From an uncultured Dictyoglomota bacterium (GTDB lineage: Bacteria > Dictyoglomota > Dictyoglomia > Dictyoglomales > Dictyoglomaceae): a DNA stretch of 64,000 nucleotides. The DNA is taken from NCBI GenBank assembly GCA_964654465.1, contig CAZZIO010000040.1, forward strand, positions 160,001 through 224,000. The letters run 5' to 3'. Positions 54,411-64,000 of the stretch are shown in pieces. How positions within the stretch are numbered: position 1 is the first letter of the stretch; each line of letters opens with the position of its first letter. The position numbers and the translations under genes were made by a program. The notes beneath the pieces were generated by a model that saw only the letters and a program-made list of their open reading frames with translations, was not told the DNA's origin and made no database searches.

Positions 54411-54440
54411 ATTATACCATAGGGTATTAACAAAAAGCAA
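54411..54440 (-). promoter_or_regulatory. tRNA-Ser promoter
   Basis: TTGCTT, 18 nt, extended TG-G-TATAAT ending 11 nt before the tRNA. Confidence 0.7.
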
Positions 54441-54470
54441 TATTAATGAAAAGCCCTTAATTTGAGTTAA

Positions 54471-54890
54471 CTATCTTTGAAGTTCCTTAATTATTTTATC
54501 TAAATTTACTCCTTGTGAACTAAGAATTTTACTAGCAAAAGATGTATTTTCTTTTAATATTCCTAAAAGTAAATGCTCAGAATCTATAGCATCATCACCA
54601 AATTTTTTTGCAAAATCCTGAGCATAATCTAAAATTTTTGACAATCTTGGGCTTATCGGATACATTTCATACTTTTCAGTTTTGAGATTCTTAATTTCTT
54701 TTTCTAGTTCTGTTTTTATTCTCTTTAAATCTACTCCTACCCTTTTAAGAATTCCACCAACGATGCTATTTTCTTCTTTTATTAATCCTAAAAGTAAATG
54801 CTCTACATCAACACAAGGAGAACTATAAGCTAATGCAATCTCTTGAGCATAAATCAAAAATTTATCAGCCCTAATTTTAAAAGTCTTCAT
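54471..54890 (-). CDS. Stand-alone double Clp-N domain protein
   Basis: Two repeats of A...A.......EHLLLG.L.E; no AAA+ domain; own SD and stop. Confidence 0.85.
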   Translation of the reverse strand: MKTFKIRADKFLIYAQEIALAYSSPCVDVEHLLLGLIKEENSIVGGILKRVGVDLKRIKTELEKEIKNLKTEKYEMYPISPRLSKILDYAQDFAKKFGDDAIDSEHLLLGILKENTSFASKILSSQGVNLDKIIKELQR

Positions 54891-54918
54891 AAAATTTCCC
54901 TCCCTCTACCCATCACCA

Positions 54919-54944
54919 TTTTAGATATTTTACAATATCTAAAA
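54919..54944. promoter_or_regulatory. Perfect 11-4-11 inverted repeat, candidate operator
   Basis: TTTTAGATATT-TTAC-AATATCTAAAA between divergent clp-N and polX. Confidence 0.5.
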
Positions 54945-55043
54945 ACTACTTACAAGATATAAAGTATCAAAAAGAAAATACTTAAATCTTATTTAACAAA
55001 TTTGAGTATCCTATACAAAAACTATTAATGATATAATAAGAAT

Positions 55044-56786
55044 ATGAAGAACAGAGATGTAGCTCAAATATTAGATGAGATAGCCACCCTTTTAGAGATA
55101 AAGGGAGAAAATAGATATAAAGTTGCAGCTTATCAAGAGGCTGCAAGAAGAATAGAGAATTTACCAGAAGACATAGAAAAATTATTTAAAGAAGGGAAAT
55201 TGTATCAAATAAAGGGGATTGGAGAAAGTATTGGGCAAAAGATAAAAGAATATTTAACTACAGGAAAAGTAACTTATTTAGAAGAATTACGAAAAGAAAT
55301 ACCTCCAGAAATCCTTGAACTTCTAAAAATACCAGGAATCGGTCCCAAACTCGCTTATAGACTTTACACAGAACTTGGAATAAAAGATTTAGAATCCTTA
55401 GAGAAGGCAGCAAAAGAAGGTAAAATAAGGCTGTTACCAAGACTTGGACCAAAAGTTGAGCAAAATATATTAGAAGCCATAAAAGAATACAAAGAGAAAC
55501 AGCAAGTATCAGAAAGAATACCTTTAGGAGTAGCCTTACCCTTAGTGGAAGAAATCGTAAATTACCTATCTCAATATCCCTTTGTAACAGACATAGTACC
55601 AGCAGGAAGTATAAGAAGAAGAAAAGAAACCATAGGAGACATTGATATTCTTATAACCACTAATGATATGGAAAAAGTAAACCAAGTTTTAAAAAGTTTA
55701 CCTATATTAAGAAACATACTTGCAGCCGGAACAACTAAAACAAGTATCATTGTAGAACCCGGAATCCAAGTAGATTTTAGAGTTGTAGACAAAGGCTCCT
55801 TTGGATCTGCCCTCCAATATTTCACAGGATCTAAAGCTCATAATATAAAACTAAGAGAAATAGCTATAAAGAAGGGATTAAAAATCAATGAATATGGAGT
55901 TTTTAGAATTAGCGATAACAAAAAGTTATGTGGAGAAAAAGAAGAGGAAATTTACGAGTTATTAGGTCTACAGTTTATACCCCCTGAACTCAGAGAAGAT
56001 CAAGGCGAGATAGAATCAGCAATGGAAGGTAAACTACCAGAGTTAATTGAGGAAAAAGATATTTTAGGAGATATGCATGTACATACAGACTGGAGTGATG
56101 GAGCAAATACCTTGGAAGAAATGGTAGAGACAGCATATAGATTAGGATACAAATATGTAGTAATATCAGATCATAGTCAAGCACTTGGAGTTGCAGGTGG
56201 CTTAACTCCAGAACAAATTGAAAAGCAGAGACAAAGAATCAATGAATTAAATAGAAAATATAAGGATTTTAAAATTTTACATAGTATCGAAGCTAACATA
56301 TTAAGCGATGGTAGCATAGATTTACCAGAGGAAGTTTTAAAGAACTTTGATCTTGTCATTGCAGGATTACATTCTGGCTTTAAACAGCCAAAAGAGAAAA
56401 TAACTGAGAGATTGATTTCTGCTATCAAAAATCCATGGGTAGATATAATAAGCCATCCTACAGGAAGATTAATAAATAAGAGACCAGCCTATGAAGTGGA
56501 TTTTCCTGCTATTCTTTATTGGGCTAAAGAAACAGGTACCGTACTAGAAATAAATGCTCAACCCGATAGACTTGATTTATGCGATATAGATGCTAGGATA
56601 GCTCGTGAGAAATATGGCATTTATTTATCTATAGGAACAGATAGTCATGATATTCGTAGTTATTCACTTATAAATTATGGAATCTATGTAGCAAGAAGGG
56701 CTTGGCTTAAAAAAGAAGATGTTATAAATACATATCCTTGGGAAGAAGCAAAACTTAAACTTAAAAGATATAAAGAGAAAAGATGA
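55044..56786 (+). CDS. polX: DNA polymerase X with PHP exonuclease domain
   Basis: GSIRR.KET.GDIDIL, QVDFR, YFTGSKAHN, PPELRE; PHP HVHT.WSDG, SDH, HPTGR, DSH. Confidence 0.94.
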   Translation: MKNRDVAQILDEIATLLEIKGENRYKVAAYQEAARRIENLPEDIEKLFKEGKLYQIKGIGESIGQKIKEYLTTGKVTYLEELRKEIPPEILELLKIPGIGPKLAYRLYTELGIKDLESLEKAAKEGKIRLLPRLGPKVEQNILEAIKEYKEKQQVSERIPLGVALPLVEEIVNYLSQYPFVTDIVPAGSIRRRKETIGDIDILITTNDMEKVNQVLKSLPILRNILAAGTTKTSIIVEPGIQVDFRVVDKGSFGSALQYFTGSKAHNIKLREIAIKKGLKINEYGVFRISDNKKLCGEKEEEIYELLGLQFIPPELREDQGEIESAMEGKLPELIEEKDILGDMHVHTDWSDGANTLEEMVETAYRLGYKYVVISDHSQALGVAGGLTPEQIEKQRQRINELNRKYKDFKILHSIEANILSDGSIDLPEEVLKNFDLVIAGLHSGFKQPKEKITERLISAIKNPWVDIISHPTGRLINKRPAYEVDFPAILYWAKETGTVLEINAQPDRLDLCDIDARIAREKYGIYLSIGTDSHDIRSYSLINYGIYVARRAWLKKEDVINTYPWEEAKLKLKRYKEKR

Positions 56787-57646
56787 AAATAAGAAGAAAA
56801 GGAAAACTCTCCGAAGGCGAATGGGTTATCCTTTGGGAAAGTAAAAGACGGTATCTTATTCAATTAGAAAAAGACAAGACCTTCCATTACCACAAGGGTT
56901 ATGTACGACATAATGACATAATAGGACTCGAAGAAGGAAGTATCATAAAATCATCCCATGGTGGAAATCTATTAGTTTTAAGACCAACCTATGCAGACTA
57001 TATCCTTGAAATGCCAAGAGGTGCCCAAATTATATATCCTAAGGATATAGGCACTATATTAGTATGGGGAGACATCTATCCTGGAGCAAGAGTATTAGAG
57101 GCTGGTATAGGATCTGGAGCTCTTACCATAGCACTTTTACAAGCAGTAGGAGAAACAGGAGTAGTTATATCCTACGAGATAAGAGAGGATTTTGCAAAGA
57201 GAGCACTTATAAATATAGAAAATTTCTTAGGAAGAAGAGATAATCATATATTAAGATTAAAGGATATATATCAAGAAATAGACGAAGAAGATAAAGATAT
57301 AGATAGAGTTATTCTTGATCTCCCAGAACCATGGAGAGCTATTAAACATATTGATAAAGTTTTAAGACCAGGTGGAATACTTGTAATTTATACACCTACC
57401 ATATTACAAGTTCAAAAAACAGTAGAATGCTTAGAAAGCTTTAAATCTTTCACCCTTATTGAAACAATAGAAACCCTTCTTAGACCATGGCAGATAGAGA
57501 GTCTATCTGTAAGACCTTATCATAGAATGGTAGCACATACTGCTTTTCTAACTATAGCAAGGAAAGTACTTATAAAAGAAGAGAATATATTTCAGAAGGC
57601 TTTGCCTTCTGTAGAAACTGAAGAAAATTTTGAACCAAATTGGTAA
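56783..57646 (+). CDS. trmI: tRNA m1A58 methyltransferase
   Basis: MPRGAQIIYPKD, VLEAG.GSGAL, LDLPEPW, RP.HRM..HT.FL. Confidence 0.92.
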   Translation: MKIRRKGKLSEGEWVILWESKRRYLIQLEKDKTFHYHKGYVRHNDIIGLEEGSIIKSSHGGNLLVLRPTYADYILEMPRGAQIIYPKDIGTILVWGDIYPGARVLEAGIGSGALTIALLQAVGETGVVISYEIREDFAKRALINIENFLGRRDNHILRLKDIYQEIDEEDKDIDRVILDLPEPWRAIKHIDKVLRPGGILVIYTPTILQVQKTVECLESFKSFTLIETIETLLRPWQIESLSVRPYHRMVAHTAFLTIARKVLIKEENIFQKALPSVETEENFEPNW

Positions 57647-60047
57647 ATATTTCCCTTTCTTCTTTTTCTAAATATGGTAATTTTTCTTGCATCCTCTTAT
57701 AACCTTCAATAAACTCATCTTTTCCGAAAAGCAAAATAATATGTCGACCAAACCTTGACCACTTGATAAACTCTAAGTCTGTGAGAGGAGGTTTTAAAAA
57801 TACCAAATATTTATATATTTTGTTTGGTATCTTGTTAGGATAAAAATATACATCTCTTCCTTCAAAAGATCTAATATCTTTATCTCTTGTTTTAGAAAAC
57901 CTTGCATCTGTAAAAGAAGGCGTATATACCTTATTAGGTAAACGAAGATTTTTTATTCCTAAAAGATCTGAAAGCATTAATCTTTTTTCCTCATTTTTAA
58001 GGTAAGAAATAAAAATAATAGGATTTTTTAAATTCTTAACAGTTTCTAAAAATTTTTGAAAAACTTGTTCCTTCAAAAATAACTCTGAATCATCCCATAA
58101 TAAAATTGTATCTTTGTTAATTTGAATTGATTCTAAACTCCATGGAGAACACAAATTTAATTCCCCAAAATTTTCATTCCAATTAGGAGATACTATGATA
58201 TAATCTCTTTCTCTTTTCTTTATCTCATCTATAAGATTTAACACTTCAAATATATTATCAACAAAATATAATATATACTTAATTTTGTCTCTTTTAATAC
58301 TCTTTAAGGATTCTTCAGATTCTTTCCACTCCTCAAGATAGAAATTAAAATATTCTCTCCCTTGATACCCTTCTTTCTCTATTTTTAAAACAATATCTAC
58401 TGTCTTAGGAATATCCTTAAAAGTCTCTTCTCCTATACTGAGGGAAAAGATGGGAGCCGAAAAAACTCTTCCTGTTATATCTCCTATCTTTATTTTATAT
58501 CTTGCACCATTACCCATCTTTTCAAAATTTGTAAAAGTTGTAGAATTTATCTTAAATCTTGGCTCCTCATTACCAGGGCCAAAAGGCGGTAATAAATCAA
58601 GCTCAGAAAGAAATTTGGATAAAAATTCTTTGCTGACCTTATCTAAAGATATTTCAGCATCTATTTTTACTTTAGGTGTAAAATCCAAGTCTTTCCAAAG
58701 ATTGTTTGCAGTATTTATTGCCTCTAATTTAAAATCTACATAATCTTTATTTAGAATAGAGAACCCAACCGCACCTTTATGCCCACCATAATTTATTAAG
58801 TATGAGGATAGCCTAGATATATAATCAAACAAATCTACCTCTTCCACTCCTCTACCTGAGAAGACAATCATTTCACCCTCTTTTCTTCCAAGAAAGAATG
58901 GAAGGTTATATTCCTCACTTAACATTGAGGCAACAACCCCTATAACTCCTCCTACCTCTTTTCCCCAATTTTCACTATACAAAAAAACTACACGATTTTT
59001 CTCTAAATCCTCATACTTTACTAATTCTTTTGCCATCTCATAGACTCTTTCTACTTCCTCTTTTCGTTTCCTATTAAATTCATCAAGCTTATCTGCCAAA
59101 GACTCTGCTTCATCTGCATCTTCGGTTAGAAAAAGTCTTACTGCTTCCTCTACTTCCTTAAATCTTCCTACTGCATTTATTCTGGGAGTAATGCTAAAGA
59201 TTATATCTTTAGTACTTATCAGGGTATTGCGATCCAAGCCAGCCTTCCTAATTAGAGCTCTCAAACCTAAAATATCCGAATTTAAGATCTTTTCTAATCC
59301 ATATTTCACAAGTATTCTGTTTTCATCCTTTAATTCCATCATATCTCCCAGGGTGCCTAAGGTTACAAGTTCTAATACACCTTTTTCATTATAAATATTT
59401 TTACCTATAGCATCCCCTAAAACCTTTAAAAACTTAAATGCTACTCCTACACCCGCCATATATGGGTATGGATAATTATTTAAATAAGGATCAAAAACCA
59501 ATAAAGCATCTGGAATACATGTTTCATCTGGAATATGGTGATCCGTCACAATTACCTCAATACCATTCTTTCTTAAATAATCTATTTCTTTTTTATTCTT
59601 AATACCACAATCTGCAGTCAATATAAGCCTTACAAATTCATTTTGAGTTAAAGCTCTCTTAATACTTTTTTCTTTAAGTCCATATCCCTCTTCTAATCTA
59701 TGAGGAATATAATAAGAAACATTAAAACCCCAATTGGATAATACACTATAAAGAATAGTTGTAGCTGTAATACCATCAACATCATAATCTCCAAAGATAA
59801 GAATTTTGCCATTTATTTCCCGAAGCTTTAATAAATATTTAATAGCCTTTTCAAAATCTGAAAAAAAGAAAGAAGGATCATATAAGTCTTCCATTTTGGG
59901 GTAAAGAAACTTTTTTGCTTTGTTTACCTCATTAATTCCTCTATTTATAAGAAGACGGGCAAGAAGAGATGAAACTCCAAGTTTTCTTGCAAGATCCTCT
60001 TCCTGCCCTTTATTTTCTTCAAAAAGAAGAATCCATTTTCTCATCAT
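57570..60047 (-). CDS. recJ: ssDNA exonuclease RecJ with long C-terminal extension
   Basis: GDYDVDG, P.R..EGYG, TADCGI, TDHH, AGVGVA, GT..D, PRINA.GR, N..RK, GGH..A.G, PFGPGN.EP. Confidence 0.92.
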   Translation of the reverse strand: MMRKWILLFEENKGQEEDLARKLGVSSLLARLLINRGINEVNKAKKFLYPKMEDLYDPSFFFSDFEKAIKYLLKLREINGKILIFGDYDVDGITATTILYSVLSNWGFNVSYYIPHRLEEGYGLKEKSIKRALTQNEFVRLILTADCGIKNKKEIDYLRKNGIEVIVTDHHIPDETCIPDALLVFDPYLNNYPYPYMAGVGVAFKFLKVLGDAIGKNIYNEKGVLELVTLGTLGDMMELKDENRILVKYGLEKILNSDILGLRALIRKAGLDRNTLISTKDIIFSITPRINAVGRFKEVEEAVRLFLTEDADEAESLADKLDEFNRKRKEEVERVYEMAKELVKYEDLEKNRVVFLYSENWGKEVGGVIGVVASMLSEEYNLPFFLGRKEGEMIVFSGRGVEEVDLFDYISRLSSYLINYGGHKGAVGFSILNKDYVDFKLEAINTANNLWKDLDFTPKVKIDAEISLDKVSKEFLSKFLSELDLLPPFGPGNEEPRFKINSTTFTNFEKMGNGARYKIKIGDITGRVFSAPIFSLSIGEETFKDIPKTVDIVLKIEKEGYQGREYFNFYLEEWKESEESLKSIKRDKIKYILYFVDNIFEVLNLIDEIKKRERDYIIVSPNWNENFGELNLCSPWSLESIQINKDTILLWDDSELFLKEQVFQKFLETVKNLKNPIIFISYLKNEEKRLMLSDLLGIKNLRLPNKVYTPSFTDARFSKTRDKDIRSFEGRDVYFYPNKIPNKIYKYLVFLKPPLTDLEFIKWSRFGRHIILLFGKDEFIEGYKRMQEKLPYLEKEEREIFTNLVQNFLQFLQKAKPSEIYSLLL

Positions 60048-60923
60048 CTATGAACTATGTATATCTTTCCACTCACAAAGTAAAGATGTAGCTATGTATA
60101 TAGTACTATAAGTACCTATTATTATTCCAAAATACAAAGCAATTATAAAAGATCTTAAAACTGATCCACCCCATATAAGAAAAGGTGTTATTGCTAATAA
60201 AGTAGTTAAAACTGTATATATAGTTCTTGCCAGGGTTTGATTAATACTTTTGTTAGCAAGAGTTGTAAAATTTTCTTTTGGATTCTGTTTCATATTCTCC
60301 CTTATTCTATCGAATATTATTATATTATCATTAATAGCATAACCTAAAAGAGTTAATATAGCTGCTATAAAGGATGGACTAACTTCCCATTGGAAAATAG
60401 AAAATAGAGAGATAGTAGCCAAAAGAACAAAAGCTTCACTTACAATAGCAGAAATTGCAAAATCAAATCTAAATCTTATAGTTATATACACAAGCATTAT
60501 GATTATTGCTAAAATAGATGCAAGAATAGCCTTTTCTCTGAGTTCTTTGCTTATAGTTGGCTCAATAGTAGTTAGTTCTCTACCCTCATATTTCCCCAAA
60601 ACTTTCTCAATCTCTGAAGAAAGTTTTTTAACATCTTCTTCATTTAAAAATTTCGTTCTTATCCAAATCTCTTTACCCTCCGATCCTGTCTGTACTGTGG
60701 CTTTGTCATAAAGGCTTTTCGCTATATTTCTTATCTTTGAAATCTGATCAGAAGATAGAGGAGAAGACAATTTATAATAAATAACACTTCCGCTTTGAAA
60801 ATCAATACTATAATTCAACCCCTTTGTAAAAAAGAACACCATTCCAACTATTATAAAAATGAGAGACATGATAAGAAAAAATCTTCTCACATTTTTCCCC
60901 AAAAAATTTATTTCCCTTTTCAC
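60048..60923 (-). CDS. secF: Protein translocase subunit SecF
   Basis: GLN.SIDF..G, YI..RF, GYAIND.IIIFDRIREN, NQTLART. Confidence 0.92.
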   Translation of the reverse strand: MKREINFLGKNVRRFFLIMSLIFIIVGMVFFFTKGLNYSIDFQSGSVIYYKLSSPLSSDQISKIRNIAKSLYDKATVQTGSEGKEIWIRTKFLNEEDVKKLSSEIEKVLGKYEGRELTTIEPTISKELREKAILASILAIIIMLVYITIRFRFDFAISAIVSEAFVLLATISLFSIFQWEVSPSFIAAILTLLGYAINDNIIIFDRIRENMKQNPKENFTTLANKSINQTLARTIYTVLTTLLAITPFLIWGGSVLRSFIIALYFGIIIGTYSTIYIATSLLCEWKDIHSS

Positions 60924-60940
60924 GATTTTTCCTCCCTTCC

Positions 60941-62140
60941 CTAAAATCCAAGTAACTTTGATGCTTTTTTAAATATAGGAAGCGATAACAAATTCTCAAG
61001 AAGAGTTCTTGTCACTACAATAGATGTAAACATACTAAGAGCCACACCTAATGACAATGTTACTGCAAATCCTCTTATAGGTCCTGTCCCAAAATAGAAA
61101 AGTATTAATGCTGCAAGGATAGTGGTAACATTACTATCAATAATAGCCCTTAAGGCATTCCTAAAGCCAGAATCTAAAGCTGCTATAGGAGTTTTACCCT
61201 TTGCATATTCTTCTCTCATTCTTGCAAAAATTAAACAATTAGCATCTACAGCCATACCTATAGAGAGAATAATACCTGCAATACCTGGTAAAGTTAAAGT
61301 GGCATTTAAAAGCTTAAGAGCAGCAAGATCTAATACTATATAGACTAAAAGAGCAATATCTGCTACAAGTCCCATCATTCTAAAAACAAGAATCATAAAC
61401 AAGATAACAAGGATTCCACCTATAATTCCATTCCTATAAGCAGACTCCATAGTATCCTTTCCTAAGGTTGGATCGATAGTTCTATTTTCAATAACCTTTA
61501 CAGGTACAGGTAAAGCTCCAGCCCTAAGAAGTATTGCAAGTTTTTGTGCCTCATCAAAAGTAAATCTTCCTGTTATCACTCCCACTCCTTCAGTTATAGG
61601 CTCTTTTATTACAGGATTGGATATTACCTTACCATCAAGTACAATAAAAACCTGCTTTCCTACATTTTTAGCAGTAAAATCTGCGAATATCTTAGCACCC
61701 TCAGGGTTCATCTCTACCCTGACCATAGGTTGTCCAACTTGATCAAATTCCACTTTTGCACTCTTTAACGCAGAACCAGTCAGTATAGTATTTCCTTTTT
61801 CATCTTTGAATTCAAGTAAAGCAGTCTGACCAATAATTTCCAGTGCTCTTTCTGGATCTTTTATACCAGGAAGCTCTACTACAATCTTATCTGTACCCTC
61901 TTTATAGATAGAAGGTTCTGTAACTCCTAATTGATCTATACGATTTCTAATGACCTCGATAGTTCTTCTCACAGCATCATCTGTAATCTCAACTCCTTCT
62001 GCCTTTTGACATTGTAATGTAACCCTAATACCGCCCCTAATATCTAATCCAAATCTAAATGGAAAAGTAAGGAGAATCCAGATGGCTACACCCAAAAGAA
62101 GTACAATAAAAGCTGTTTTATATTCTGTCCTTATATTCAT
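60941..62140 (-). CDS. secD: Protein translocase subunit SecD
   Basis: GLDIRGG, NRID.LGV.EP, GALP.P, PTLG, TLPGIAG, GMAVDAN, DSNVTT, GPIRGFA. Confidence 0.94.
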   Translation of the reverse strand: MNIRTEYKTAFIVLLLGVAIWILLTFPFRFGLDIRGGIRVTLQCQKAEGVEITDDAVRRTIEVIRNRIDQLGVTEPSIYKEGTDKIVVELPGIKDPERALEIIGQTALLEFKDEKGNTILTGSALKSAKVEFDQVGQPMVRVEMNPEGAKIFADFTAKNVGKQVFIVLDGKVISNPVIKEPITEGVGVITGRFTFDEAQKLAILLRAGALPVPVKVIENRTIDPTLGKDTMESAYRNGIIGGILVILFMILVFRMMGLVADIALLVYIVLDLAALKLLNATLTLPGIAGIILSIGMAVDANCLIFARMREEYAKGKTPIAALDSGFRNALRAIIDSNVTTILAALILFYFGTGPIRGFAVTLSLGVALSMFTSIVVTRTLLENLLSLPIFKKASKLLGF

Positions 62141-62164
62141 TATTTCATATCTCCCCTTTCTCTG

Positions 62165-64000
<1,836 letters not shown>

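Overview
AT-rich, densely coding bacterial chromosome segment. Lys/Glu/Ile-rich proteins, Firmicutes-like housekeeping genes, an outer-membrane beta-barrel and solute-binding proteins (SBPs) without lipoboxes suggest a thermophilic anaerobic diderm; it looks Dictyoglomus-like, which is inference only. Content in order: larC(partial)/larB; an unannotated 43-aa Cys-rich microprotein; a dnaN-yaaA-recF-dciA-gyrB operon ending in a 689-aa orphan, with no dnaA or gyrA; rrf2-sufC-sufB(D)-rsmG-GNAT; arsR; an OM barrel; hsp20-lon-baeRF; gap; leuS; a NatAB-like ABC exporter; fur-feoABC; pyrRBCKDF with a PyrR-binding leader; trmB; a hydrolase, an NTPase and an FGGY kinase; a ~17 kb AraC-linked beta-glucan uptake locus; a phosphatase; tRNA-Ser(GCT); a solo Clp-N protein; polX-trmI; and queA(partial)-tgt-yajC-secD-secF-recJ. 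No mobile elements, prophage or CRISPR arrays were seen. Best leads: (1) a PyrR attenuator that may work through a translated leader peptide, (2) the HiPIP-like microprotein, (3) the BshC-like orphan downstream of gyrB, (4) the multi-component glucan importer with duplicated, diverging SBPs and shared AraC-type sites, (5) the hsp20-lon-baeRF operon, and (6) a fossil origin region with dnaA replaced by a minimal Suf cassette. All family calls come from motif recognition by eye; no searches were run.
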